This document shows positions 19,364 to 28,983 of a stretch of DNA of 64,000 bases, in pieces. The stretch spans positions 1 through 64,000 of the forward strand of contig JANNXQ010000259.1 in NCBI GenBank assembly GCA_031409655.1. The letters are read 5' to 3'. Made by a program: the position numbers and the translations under genes. Position 1 is the stretch's first letter. Every line of letters starts with the position of its first letter. This DNA comes from Chthoniobacteraceae bacterium (GTDB lineage Bacteria > Verrucomicrobiota > Verrucomicrobiia > Chthoniobacterales > Chthoniobacteraceae). Below the pieces are notes generated by a model, which did not search any database, was not told the DNA's origin, and saw only the letters and a list, made by a program, of their open reading frames with translations.

Positions 19364-20449
19364 ATGTCCGACGCCCGCACGCCTTTCAATGATCTCCCGC
19401 TGCTCCCCCCGAAGGCGCGCCTCGAAACGGAGCCGGTGCTGCGGGCCGTGATCCGCGCCAGTCGCAGCCTTGCGGAGCTGAAAGGACGCACCCGCACGGT
19501 GCCGAACGCGGCGATTTTGCTGAACACGATCGCCCTCCAGGAAGCCCGCGCGAGTAGCGAGATCGAGAACATCTTCACCACCAGCGATGAGCTCTATCGC
19601 GGGATGAGCACGGATTCCGCCGATCTCCCGCCGCACGCCAAGGAGGTGCTGCACTACAACGAAGCGCTCTGGCACGGCGCGCAGGCCTTGCAGAAAAATC
19701 GCGCGCTCACCGCCGACCTTGCGATCGAGATCGTGAATACAATCAAGGCCGACCGGCCTGGCATCCGCACGGACTCCACCGCGCAACTCCTCAATCGCGC
19801 CACGGGCGAAGTCGTGTACACGCCGCCGCAGGGCGAGAAGCGGATCCGCGAACTGCTCGCGAACCTCGAGCATTTCATCAACACCGCCGAGGACGGCCTC
19901 GACCCGCTCGTGAAGCTGGCCGTGCTGCATTACCAGTTTGAGGCGATCCATCCCTTCCCCGACGGCAACGGGCGCACCGGGCGCATCCTGCTCATCCTTT
20001 TCCTGCTCCACCAGCGCCTGCTCGAGCAGCCGATCCTTTTCCTCAGCCGCTATATCATCGAGCACAAGAGCCTCTACTATCAGCACCTCCGCGACGTGAC
20101 GGAAAAGGGCGCGTGGGAGCCGTGGATCCTCTACGTCCTGCGCGCCGTCGAGAGCACCGCCGAGACCACCGTGTTGAAGATCGAGGCCATCGGCGACCTC
20201 ATGACTGCCATGATCGAAGAAGGCCGCCTGAAGCTCCCGAAGCGCACCTTTTCCAAAGAGCTGATCGAGCAACTCTTCGTGCGGCCGTATTGCAAGATCC
20301 GCCACCTCGAAGAAGCCGGCCTCGGCAATCGTGTCTCCGTCTCCCGCTACCTCCACGACCTCGCCGACTCCGGCCTCGTGAACAAAACGCGCGCCGGAAA
20401 AGAGATCCTCTTCGTGAACGATCGGCTGGTGAAGTTGCTGGCGAATTGA
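19364..20449 (+). CDS. fic: Fic family protein adenylyltransferase (Fic_N + Fic + C-terminal HTH-like region)
   Basis: Canonical HPFPDGNGRTGR motif; N-terminal inhibitory-type SSEIENI motif; 361 aa. Confidence 0.92.
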   Translation: MSDARTPFNDLPLLPPKARLETEPVLRAVIRASRSLAELKGRTRTVPNAAILLNTIALQEARASSEIENIFTTSDELYRGMSTDSADLPPHAKEVLHYNEALWHGAQALQKNRALTADLAIEIVNTIKADRPGIRTDSTAQLLNRATGEVVYTPPQGEKRIRELLANLEHFINTAEDGLDPLVKLAVLHYQFEAIHPFPDGNGRTGRILLILFLLHQRLLEQPILFLSRYIIEHKSLYYQHLRDVTEKGAWEPWILYVLRAVESTAETTVLKIEAIGDLMTAMIEEGRLKLPKRTFSKELIEQLFVRPYCKIRHLEEAGLGNRVSVSRYLHDLADSGLVNKTRAGKEILFVNDRLVKLLAN

Positions 20450-20451
20450 AG
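20112..20451 (+). repeat. Left copy of a 340-bp direct repeat (3' third of fic)
   Basis: Aligns without gaps to 24751..25090; 23 substitutions counted by hand (~93% identity). Confidence 0.95.
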
Positions 20452-20570
20452 TGGGTTCATGGACTCGTGGCGCGCAGATGGAGGAAACGATTTCGCAGCG
20501 AAGGCAGGCTGGAGTTTAACTTGCTTCACGCTAGGCTCCGCGGCCACAAGGTATTCTCACCTCCCCAGAC

Positions 20571-23500
20571 ATGAAGTCTTCCGTCCCCCGTTTTCTCGCA
20601 GCCTTCGCGGCTGCCGTGCTGGCGGCTCACTCCGCTCCGGCGGCGTCTTTTTTCTGGGATGCGGATGGGGCGGCGACGACGGTGACTGGTGGGGCGGGTG
20701 TTTGGGATATTAGCTCATCTTTGTGGCGGAGCGGCACCTCGTCCGGGGCGCTTTCGCTCTGGCCGAATACGCTGGTGAATACCGATGCAGCGCAACTCGC
20801 GGGCACGGCGGGCACGCTGACTTTGAACTCCAGTTCTGTGAACCTGAACGTGAACAATGTGACCTTCGGGGTCACGGGGTATATCCTGGCCGGGCCGGTC
20901 AGTGGCACGGCGAAGCTGAATCTCGCGGGCGTCACTCCAACGATGGATACGGGCACCTTCAATGCGACGGTGAGCGCTGGCGTCACCGGTGCCGCCGGCC
21001 TGACGAAGATCGGCACGGGCACGCTGACGCTCTCTGGGGCAAATTCCTACACGGGCACGACGTTCGTCAATGTGGGCACGGTGACGATCTCGAACGCCAG
21101 TGCCTTTGGTGCGACGGGCGCGGGCAACGGCACGACGGTGGCTGCCGGGGCGGAGGTTGATTTTTCGACCGGGAGCAGCACGGCCGAGGCATTCACGATC
21201 AATGGCGCGACCGGGAAAGGAGCCCTGCGGTTTCTGAATGGTGGAATCACTTTGAGCGGGGCGATCACGCTGGGCAGCGATGCGAAGCTCACCGGACTCA
21301 CCAATCCAATGACCGGCACGATCGACCTTGGCGGTAGCGACCTGATCGTGGCCAAGAACAGCGGTCAGTTGGAGAGTTGGAGCGCGATCATCTCGGGCAC
21401 GGGTGGTCTGACCATGGCGGGCGGAGGCGCGACCACGACTCTCACCCTCACCGGCGCAAACACCTACACGGGCGTGACGATGGTCAATGCCGGCATCCTC
21501 AGCGTGGGCACGATTGGCAATGGCGGCGTGGCTAGCGGCAATCTCGGTTCGGCCACCAGCGCGGCGGAGAATCTCGTGCTGGGTGGCGGCACGCTGCGCT
21601 ACACCGGCAGCACCGCGAGCACCGATCGCAATTTTACCATCACTGGCGGCACCACCGGCACCTTTCAAATCACGACCGCAGCGACCACGCTGACCGTGAC
21701 CGGAGCCAGTGCCGCGACCAATGGCGCATTGACCAAGACGGGGGCCGGCAAGTTGGTCCTCGCCGGGATCAATCTCTCCAGCGGGGCAACGACGATCAGT
21801 GCCGGCACCCTGGCCGTGAGTGGCTCCGGTTCGTTGGCAAACTCTTCCGAACTCAACGTGGCCTCCGGGGCGGTGCTGGACGTCTCGGCGTCCGCCTTCA
21901 CGCTCGGTGCGACGCAGACCCTGAGTGGTGCCGGCACCGTGGTCGGAGGCGTGACCGTGAATGGCACACTGGCTCCCGGTGCGGGCTTTGGCACCGGGGG
22001 CACACTGACCTTCAATGGCGCGCTGACCCTCGCGGCGGGCAGCACGACGGTGATCGAAGTTTCGCGAAATGGCGGCGCGGTGACGAGTGCCCGGATTCAG
22101 GCATCGGGCGTGGTGACGTTTGGTGGAACGCTCGTCATCACCGATGTGGGCGGCACTCCTTTGCAGGTGGGTGATGCCTTACAATTCTTCAGCGCACCCA
22201 GCCACAGCGGCAGCTTTGCGAGCATTGTCGCTCCACCCGGCTACACCTTTGACACGAGCCAGGCGGCGAATGGACAGATCGTCGTGCTCACCGCGCCACC
22301 GCCGGTCCGCTTCACCACTTTCAGTAAAAGTGCTGCGACCGTGTCGCTCACCTGGCCGGCTATCTATCGCGGCTGGATCGCGCAGTCCTCGCCGACGCTC
22401 GAACCCAACTCCTGGGCCGATTTTCTCGGATCGGAAGACCTCACGAGTCTGAACATTCCGATCGCCCCGGGCCTCCGGCAGGAGTTCTATCGGCTGCGCA
22501 GTCCCGATACTGCCGACTTTACCTACGACCCGCTGGCGAAGGGGGCCGGCCTTCCCCTTGCGACGGTCTGGTCGGGCACGTCTGTCGGCTTTGATTTTGT
22601 CACCACGGGGAACGTGCAAATCGCCGCCTACTACAATGCGGCGCGCAAGCTGGTTTTGGCGGCGCGGAATCTCGACTCCACTCAATGGTATTTCCAGACC
22701 ACCGCCGAGACCTATGCGGGCTGGGACTCGCATAACTATATTGCGATGAAGGTCGATCCTCTCGGCTATCTGCACGTCTCGGCTAACCTGCACAACGCGT
22801 CGATGAACTATTTCCGCTCGGCGCAGCCTGTCACCGATGCCGTTCAGTTCCAGACTGCGGGTTTCGTGCAGCAGCTTTCCACCCTCTGGAATGCCAGCTT
22901 CGAAGCGCAGTCCACCTACCCACGATTCTTCTCGGGGCCGAATGAAGAGTTGATTTTCACCTACCGTAGTCGCACCAGCTCCACGGCCGGGAGTTGGCAT
23001 CTTCTGAAATACAATCCCGCGAGCAAGACCTATGCGCAGGTGACGGGCGCGAACGCCCTCTTCACCTGGACGGGCAACTACAGCGTCTATCCCAACTTCA
23101 CCGTGAGCGATGGCGCCGTGCACTGCCTCTGGATGTGGCGCCGGACCACGGACGCGGCCACAAATTACCGGCTTTCTTACGTGCGTTCGACGGACATGGT
23201 TAATTGGACCGACGCCTTCGGCCGCGCCGTGCCCCTGCCCATCGGACCATCCACCTCGCTCACCACCATCGACGACGTGCCACAGCAAGGGGGACTGCTC
23301 AATGGTCAGGCCCAGCTCTCGTTCGACCGCGACGGCGTCCCCCTGGTCGCCTACCACAAATACGACGCAGCCGGTTTCTCCCAAGTCTATGTCGCGCGAC
23401 CGGTCCCCACCTCGCTGACCTGGAACATCGTCCGACTCACCAACTCGACCTGGACTTGGAACTTTAGTGGCGGCGGCACCTTGCCGCCAGGCGGAGGTGT

Positions 23501-24746
23501 GAGCAACGGATTCACTGCAGATGATCCCGTGGATGGCTTGGCGACCGTGAGCGTTTCTCTATCCCACCCTGATGGCGTGGCCGATCCTAACACCGGCAGT
23601 TACACCTTCGATGAAACCACGCTGGGCAATGTCACCGGGACCTACCCAAATCCCAGCTCGTATGCGTCAGCGAACACCCCCACCGCCAACTCCGGAAATG
23701 TAGATAGCAGCGTGGTGCAGAACACCTACGTTGACCCGGGCAGTGGAGCCGCCATGGGTGTCAAACGGCGTAACTCATCTGGCCCAGGTTTCGCGAATCT
23801 GCACTACTACCTGCGGTGGGAAACACTGCCCGCAGATAACTCCGACCTGCCCAAGACGGATGGCTCGGGAAACGTGATCACACCGACCCCATCGGCGATC
23901 GAGCTCTACCGCACGCAGGCGGAATTCGGAGACTCGCTCATGAGCATCGGCGGCACCTTTTACGGACGCATGTTCAAGCCCGCGACCGCTTCTCTCTTTG
24001 GTGCGATGACCCGCGCGTCCGATTCCGCCGCGACCTTCGGCGCGTCCCTGTCGAGCGCCACCGCTGGCCCGGCAAATTTCGCGCAATGGACCTTCAACCT
24101 CGATACCGCCGGGGACTACGCCTTGGGCGGCGAGACTTACTCGGCCTCGACCTCCGATGATAGCTTCTGGGTGCAGTTGGACAATGGCCCCCTGATTGAC
24201 TGGCGCATCGCCGGGCGATGGGTGTATCAACCCGTCACCTCGGGCAACACCCAGGGATTGACGCGCTTCACCCTCTCTCGCGGCAGTCATACCTTGCGCC
24301 TCTACGCGCAAGAGTCCGGAGCGAAGCTCGCGTATCTCTGGCTGAAAAAGCCGAGTCTCGCGAAAGCATCCTCGCTCTTACCCTTGTCCTACTCCGGCTT
24401 CACGTTGGTGGCCGATGCCAAAGCCGTGAGCGGCTTTTCCCTGAGCTCTCCTCTGGGTAGCAACCAGGCCGGTAACATCGCGCATTTCGAAATCCCCGTG
24501 GCCCAGACGGGAAACTACCTTCTCTTGGGACGGACCCGCGCGCAGTCCGGCACCTCCGACAGCTTCTTCCTCTCCGTCAACGGCAGCGCACGCCAAGTCT
24601 GGACCATCCCGATCAGCGCGCCGAATTGGACGTGGAAAGCCTTCGGAACGACGATGCCGCTCAATGCCGGAACGCTCGCCCTCGACGTGTCCGGACGCGA
24701 AGGCGGCTCAGAACTCGACTCCTTCATGCTGATGAAAGTGCCGTGA
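20571..24746 (+). CDS. Large secreted protein: passenger-associated repeats, internal sorting-like domain, BNR-repeat beta-propeller (BNR_4-like) and C-terminal CBM-like modules
   Basis: Signal peptide (AHSAPA|A); LTKIGTGTLTLSGANSYTGTT repeats; WDSHNYIAMKVDPLGYLHVSANLH and TYPRF propeller motifs; DDSFWVQLDNGP and SDSFFLSVNG modules. Confidence 0.78.
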   Translation: MKSSVPRFLAAFAAAVLAAHSAPAASFFWDADGAATTVTGGAGVWDISSSLWRSGTSSGALSLWPNTLVNTDAAQLAGTAGTLTLNSSSVNLNVNNVTFGVTGYILAGPVSGTAKLNLAGVTPTMDTGTFNATVSAGVTGAAGLTKIGTGTLTLSGANSYTGTTFVNVGTVTISNASAFGATGAGNGTTVAAGAEVDFSTGSSTAEAFTINGATGKGALRFLNGGITLSGAITLGSDAKLTGLTNPMTGTIDLGGSDLIVAKNSGQLESWSAIISGTGGLTMAGGGATTTLTLTGANTYTGVTMVNAGILSVGTIGNGGVASGNLGSATSAAENLVLGGGTLRYTGSTASTDRNFTITGGTTGTFQITTAATTLTVTGASAATNGALTKTGAGKLVLAGINLSSGATTISAGTLAVSGSGSLANSSELNVASGAVLDVSASAFTLGATQTLSGAGTVVGGVTVNGTLAPGAGFGTGGTLTFNGALTLAAGSTTVIEVSRNGGAVTSARIQASGVVTFGGTLVITDVGGTPLQVGDALQFFSAPSHSGSFASIVAPPGYTFDTSQAANGQIVVLTAPPPVRFTTFSKSAATVSLTWPAIYRGWIAQSSPTLEPNSWADFLGSEDLTSLNIPIAPGLRQEFYRLRSPDTADFTYDPLAKGAGLPLATVWSGTSVGFDFVTTGNVQIAAYYNAARKLVLAARNLDSTQWYFQTTAETYAGWDSHNYIAMKVDPLGYLHVSANLHNASMNYFRSAQPVTDAVQFQTAGFVQQLSTLWNASFEAQSTYPRFFSGPNEELIFTYRSRTSSTAGSWHLLKYNPASKTYAQVTGANALFTWTGNYSVYPNFTVSDGAVHCLWMWRRTTDAATNYRLSYVRSTDMVNWTDAFGRAVPLPIGPSTSLTTIDDVPQQGGLLNGQAQLSFDRDGVPLVAYHKYDAAGFSQVYVARPVPTSLTWNIVRLTNSTWTWNFSGGGTLPPGGGVSNGFTADDPVDGLATVSVSLSHPDGVADPNTGSYTFDETTLGNVTGTYPNPSSYASANTPTANSGNVDSSVVQNTYVDPGSGAAMGVKRRNSSGPGFANLHYYLRWETLPADNSDLPKTDGSGNVITPTPSAIELYRTQAEFGDSLMSIGGTFYGRMFKPATASLFGAMTRASDSAATFGASLSSATAGPANFAQWTFNLDTAGDYALGGETYSASTSDDSFWVQLDNGPLIDWRIAGRWVYQPVTSGNTQGLTRFTLSRGSHTLRLYAQESGAKLAYLWLKKPSLAKASSLLPLSYSGFTLVADAKAVSGFSLSSPLGSNQAGNIAHFEIPVAQTGNYLLLGRTRAQSGTSDSFFLSVNGSARQVWTIPISAPNWTWKAFGTTMPLNAGTLALDVSGREGGSELDSFMLMKVP

Positions 24747-24750
24747 GGCT

Positions 24751-25088
24751 CGTGGGAGCCGTGGATTCTCTATGTGCTGCGGGCCGTCGAGAGCACCGCG
24801 GAGACCACCGTGCTGAAGATCGAAGCCATCGGCGATCTCATGACCGGCATGATCGAGGAAGGCCGCCTGAAGCTCCCGAAGCGCACCTTTTCCAAAGAGC
24901 TGATCGAGCAGCTCTTCGTGCGTCCGTATTGCGAAATCCGCCACCTCGAAGAAGCCGGCCTCGGCAATCGCGTCTCCGTCTCGCGCTACCTCCACGACCT
25001 CGCCGAGTGCGGCCTCGTGAACAAAACCCGCGCGGGAAAAGAGATCCTCTTCGTGAATGACCGGCTGGTGAAGTTGCTGGCGAATTGA
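24751..25088 (+). pseudogene. Duplicated 3' third of fic without the catalytic motif (right copy of the direct repeat)
   Basis: WEPWILYVLRAVESTAETT...VKLLAN* differs from Fic at only 4 residues; begins 4 nt after the stop of 20571..24746. Confidence 0.9.
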
Positions 25089-25107
25089 AGCGCCGACGCG
25101 GGGCAAC

Positions 25108-25217
25108 CCTGGAGGGACATGCTCCGTGATGTCCCAAATTTCCGTGGGCGGAGGTGGTGGGCTCCGCGCCGCCTTCGTCCATTTGATCAGGGACATGACG
25201 GAGTATTTCCGTCCAAG
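25108..25217. repeat. MITE/REP-like element, family A, copy 1
   Basis: Terminal inverted repeats CCTGGAGGGACATGCTCCGTGATGTCCC / GGGACATGACGGAGTATTTCCGTCCAAG; its reverse complement aligns with 52741..52870. Confidence 0.7.
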
Positions 25218-25281
25218 TTTTACCGCCAAAGGAAAACCTCCCCGCGCCGGGCGACTCGGGTAAGGTGGCCGCGAATCACCC

Positions 25282-26154
25282 ATGCCCAAATCCATCACCG
25301 TCACCGAGTCTGCCGCATTGCTGGCCTTTCTCTTCGCCACCTGGCCGGAGGAAAAGAAGAAGCAGATCCGCACTTGGCTGAAGTATCAGGCGGTGTCCGT
25401 GAATGGACGGCCGGTCACCCAGTTTGATCACCCGCTAAAGCCGGGGGACACCGTTTCCATCCGTTCCGATCGGTCGGCCGTGCCCAAGGCGACGCTGCCT
25501 TCCGGGATGAAGATCTATCACGAAGACGCCACGGTCATGGTGATCGAGAAGCCGGAAGATCTGCTCAGCACGGCGAGCGAGGCCGAGCCAGAGCGCACCG
25601 CTTACTTTCAACTCACCGAGTATCTGCGGGAAAACAAACCGCGCAGCACCGATCGCGTCTGGATCGTCCATCGGCTGGATCGCGAGACCTCCGGGCTCAT
25701 GGTCTTCGCCAAGACCGCGGCGGCAAAGACCGCGCTCCAGGAGGATTGGGACAAAGTCACCAAAGTCTATGAGGCCGTCGTCGAAGGGCGGCTGCCGCTG
25801 GATCACGGCACCTTTTCGTCCCACCTCGACGAGACCAGCCCCTTCAAAGTCTATAGCGCCGCGCGCCCCAGTGAACGCACCCGGCTGGCCGTCACCCACT
25901 ATCGCGTCCTGCAACGGACCAAGAGCCGCACCCTGGTAGAACTCACTCTCGAGACGGGGCGCCGGCACCAGATCCGCGTGCAACTCGCGGATGCCGGGTG
26001 CCCGATCGTAGGCGATGAGAAATATGGCGCGAAGACCGATCCGGTAAAGCGCATCGCCCTGCACGCCCGCACCCTGCGCTTTATCCACCCGGTGACGAAA
26101 AAGGAGATGAGCTTCGAGTCTCCGCTACCGCGCTTGCTGGGCCGGCTCATGTAA
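25282..26154 (+). CDS. RluA/RluD family RNA pseudouridine synthase with S4-like N-terminus
   Basis: VHRLDRETSGLMVFAK, LETGRRHQIRVQL and PIVGDEKYG motifs. Confidence 0.92.
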   Translation: MPKSITVTESAALLAFLFATWPEEKKKQIRTWLKYQAVSVNGRPVTQFDHPLKPGDTVSIRSDRSAVPKATLPSGMKIYHEDATVMVIEKPEDLLSTASEAEPERTAYFQLTEYLRENKPRSTDRVWIVHRLDRETSGLMVFAKTAAAKTALQEDWDKVTKVYEAVVEGRLPLDHGTFSSHLDETSPFKVYSAARPSERTRLAVTHYRVLQRTKSRTLVELTLETGRRHQIRVQLADAGCPIVGDEKYGAKTDPVKRIALHARTLRFIHPVTKKEMSFESPLPRLLGRLM

Positions 26155-26169
26155 GCCGTGGCCGAAAAA

Positions 26170-26231
26170 CAAGGAGCCGGGGCGCCCTCGCCCCCAGGTG
26201 CCGCGCGGGGCGAGGGCGCCCTGGCTCCTTG
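26170..26231. repeat. GC-rich REP-like palindrome between convergent genes
   Basis: CAAGGAGCCGGGGCGCCCTCGCCCC ... GGGGCGAGGGCGCCCTGGCTCCTTG, a 25-bp stem with one mismatch. Confidence 0.75.
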
Positions 26232-26277
26232 CGCGGGCCGCTCCGGGTGAAGCCGCAAACACCGCCCGGCGCTCTGG

Positions 26278-26841
26278 TCATCCCATCGCTGTGGGCTGGC
26301 CGCCGCTCGGTCTTTCCACCGTTCGCAATTTCCGACACGGATTGCCGGCATTCACCGTGAATGCTTCGACATCCTTCGTGACCACGGAACACGCGCCGAT
26401 GACCGCACCCGCGCCCACGGTCACTCCCGGCAGGAGAAAGCACCGCGCACCTATGAAAGCATCTTCCGCAATCCGGATCGGCATCGTCTCCAAAGGCAAA
26501 CCCGGAACTCCGAAAGCATGCGTGCCGGTGCAAAGATAAGCCTCCTGCGCCACCACCGCCCGCGGTCCGATTTCCACGAACCCGAGATTGTAGATATTCG
26601 CCCGATCGCCGAGGCACGCCCCATTTCCCAACTTCAAAAGCCACGGCTTCTGAATCCGCGCCCGCTGATGGACAAAGGCCCAGCCATCGACCTCGGCCCC
26701 AAACAAGCGAAGCCATCCCAGACGCCAGCCGTGCAGCGGCTTCGGCGTCCACTGGCAGAAAAAGCACCAGCACGCCTCCCAGAGCAGCATGCGGAGGCGT
26801 TCGCCAACGCCCCAGGGCGAGGTCTGTGTGATCGTTTGCAA
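26278..26841 (-). CDS. WcaF-like hexapeptide-repeat acetyltransferase (polysaccharide modification)
   Basis: RLFGAEV...IQKPWLL.LG...LGDRANIYNLG, AQEAYLCTGTH and AGNPCR motifs. The TTG start at 26841 is inferred and gives 187 aa. Confidence 0.82.
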   Translation of the reverse strand: MQTITQTSPWGVGERLRMLLWEACWCFFCQWTPKPLHGWRLGWLRLFGAEVDGWAFVHQRARIQKPWLLKLGNGACLGDRANIYNLGFVEIGPRAVVAQEAYLCTGTHAFGVPGLPLETMPIRIAEDAFIGARCFLLPGVTVGAGAVIGACSVVTKDVEAFTVNAGNPCRKLRTVERPSGGQPTAMG

Positions 26842-26925
26842 AGGTGCGATGGAAGAGGGGTGCGAGCCGCGTTGCTGATCGTCAATTTTCCCCACTGGGA
26901 CAAGCACAACCAAGGCCCGCCCCTC

Positions 26926-27050
26926 GGAGCGCCGCCGTCGCCGTGCGGGAAACGTGCCCGGTCGCGGAGCGCAAAAAAACTCCGGGCGCGGCGCAGAGAG
27001 GGAAGGGCGCTCCGCGACCGGGACGATGCCGCACGGGACGGCGGCGCTCC
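26926..27050. repeat. REP-doublet-like inverted element, family B, copy 1
   Basis: GGAGCGCCGCCGTCGCCGTGCGG..CCCGGTCGCGGAGCGC ... GCGCTCCGCGACCGGGACGATGCCGCACGGGACGGCGGCGCTCC; related to 46135..46263. Confidence 0.7.
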
Positions 27051-27120
27051 CGGGGGCGGGCCGCTTTGATGGAAGCGCTGTCGCGTGGCGGGCGTTTCGT
27101 GATACGGTGGTGATTCGTCC

Positions 27121-28209
27121 ATGAAGAAGATACCCCTCCTGCTCGCGCTGGCTGCCCTCGGTGGCGGTGGTTGGTATTTTTTCGGCGATCGGCTGCAGGG
27201 CGGGAAGGGCGATCCGCGGGCGGGGGAGAAGCTGCTGACGCGGGCGGAGAAGCGGGACATCGACTTTGCGGTGGAGGTGAGTGGGGATGTGGCGCCAGCG
27301 TTTCAGATCGATGTGAAGCCGGAGGTGGGGGGGAAGGTGAAGGCGCTGCACATCGAGCCGGGGGATACGGTGAAGACGGGGGATCTGCTCGCGGAGATCG
27401 ATGATCGCGATCTGCTGACGGAGAAGGCCTCGGTGCTCACGGAGATCGAAGGGGCGCGGCTGGACGCGGAGAAGGTGCGGCGGAATTACGAGCGAGCGAA
27501 GGAGCTCTTTGAGCAAAAGCTGATCAGCAGCGAGGGCTATGAGAATCTTTCCTCCGAATCCGCGATGGCGGCGAATAACCTGGTGAAGGCGCAGCGGAAG
27601 CTGGATCTCGTGGAGGAGAAGCTGCGCAAGGCGCGGGTGACGTCGCCGATCGACGGGACGGTGCTGACGGTGCCGGTGCTGCAGGGGCAGGTAGTGATCG
27701 CCGCGGCGAGTGTGAATAGTGGCACGACGCTGCTGACCATTGCCAATCTCGCAAAGCTTTTGGTCGAGACGCACATCAACCAGGTGGACGTGGCGAAACT
27801 GGAACTCGACAAGCGCGTGAAGCTGCGCGCGGAGTCGCTGAAGGACGGGGAGATGGAGGCGCGGATTTCTTTCATCGCGCCGGTGGCCACGGTGAAGAAT
27901 AACGTGAAGGGTTTCCAGGTGCAGGCGGTGATCGAGACGCCGGATCCGCGGCTGCGTCCGGGGATGACGGTGAATATGAATGTCCCCATCGCGAGCGTGG
28001 ATGATGTGGTGAGCGTGCCGATCTCGGCGGTCTTTAAGGGGGAGGGGAATAAGAAGATCGTCTATGTGATGCAGGGTGAGGCACCGGAGAAACGCGAGGT
28101 GACGGTGGGGGTGACGAACATCGACTTCGCGGAAATTTTGCAGGGGCTCGCGGTGGGTGAAAAGATCCTGCTCGTGGAGCCGGGCAAGGCGGGGAAGAAG
28201 AGTTCGTGA
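27121..28209 (+). CDS. Efflux membrane-fusion (MacA-like) periplasmic adaptor
   Basis: N-terminal TM segment, lipoyl half-motifs VKPEVGGKV..GDTVKTGDLL and SPIDGTV, coiled hairpin, LRPGMTV. Confidence 0.9.
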   Translation: MKKIPLLLALAALGGGGWYFFGDRLQGGKGDPRAGEKLLTRAEKRDIDFAVEVSGDVAPAFQIDVKPEVGGKVKALHIEPGDTVKTGDLLAEIDDRDLLTEKASVLTEIEGARLDAEKVRRNYERAKELFEQKLISSEGYENLSSESAMAANNLVKAQRKLDLVEEKLRKARVTSPIDGTVLTVPVLQGQVVIAAASVNSGTTLLTIANLAKLLVETHINQVDVAKLELDKRVKLRAESLKDGEMEARISFIAPVATVKNNVKGFQVQAVIETPDPRLRPGMTVNMNVPIASVDDVVSVPISAVFKGEGNKKIVYVMQGEAPEKREVTVGVTNIDFAEILQGLAVGEKILLVEPGKAGKKSS

Positions 28210-28263
28210 GCGGAGGGACGGACTAGCGGTTGCGAGAAACAGCGTGGCGCGCTCTCACCCCAA

Positions 28264-28983
28264 ATGGCCCTCATCGAACTCACCGGCGTGACCAAACGCT
28301 ACCGGATCGGCGAACAGGAAATCGTGGCGCTCGATGGAATCGATCTGACGATCGAACAGGGGGAGTATGCGGCGATCATCGGGCCGAGCGGGAGTGGAAA
28401 ATCGACGCTCATGCACTTACTCGGCTGTCTCGATACGCCGACCACGGGGCGGATGGTGATTGATGGTGTGGATGTCAGTCGCGCGAGCCAGAACCGGCTG
28501 GCAGAGCTGCGCAATGCGAAGATCGGCTTTGTCTTCCAGAGCTTTAATCTGCTGCCGAAATTCAACGTCCTGCAAAACGTGGAACTGCCGATGATCTACT
28601 CCGGCGTCTCGGCGAAAGAGCGCCGGGATCGCGCCCTCGCTGCGATCGAGCGCGTGCAACTGACGAACCGGATCAAGAACACGCCGCTGCAACTGAGCGG
28701 CGGTCAGATGCAGCGCGTGGCCATCGCTCGCGCGCTGGTCAATGATCCGCGCATCGTCTTTGCCGATGAACCCACCGGTAACCTCGACTCGAAGACCGGA
28801 GCGACGATCCTCGAACTTTTTCGCGAACTGAGCGTGCAAGGCCGCACTGTCGTCCTCGTCACGCACGACACCAACATCGCCGCGCGGACGCCGCGGAGGA
28901 TCGAGATGTGCGATGGGAAGATCGTGGGGCAGGGCCGTGCGGAAGCCCTCGACGCCCCAGCGGCAACCCTCCACGCCGGATGA
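28264..28983 (+). CDS. ABC transporter ATP-binding protein (MacB/LolD type)
   Basis: GPSGSGKST, LSGGQMQRVAIARAL, ADEPTGNLD and VTHD motifs. Confidence 0.93.
   Translation: MALIELTGVTKRYRIGEQEIVALDGIDLTIEQGEYAAIIGPSGSGKSTLMHLLGCLDTPTTGRMVIDGVDVSRASQNRLAELRNAKIGFVFQSFNLLPKFNVLQNVELPMIYSGVSAKERRDRALAAIERVQLTNRIKNTPLQLSGGQMQRVAIARALVNDPRIVFADEPTGNLDSKTGATILELFRELSVQGRTVVLVTHDTNIAARTPRRIEMCDGKIVGQGRAEALDAPAATLHAG

Noticed and set aside
20112..25090. Diversity-generating retroelement template/variable repeat pair
   Set aside because: Differences are mostly C/T and C/G at third codon positions rather than adenine-specific, and no reverse transcriptase is present.
19364..25217. Classical integrative element or prophage
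   Set aside because: No integrase, transposase, tRNA target or phage genes are visible.
26842..27774. N-terminal extension of the 498-aa ORF 26278..27774
   Set aside because: It overlaps the MacA-like gene in antisense and crosses a palindrome; only the last ~187 aa resemble WcaF.
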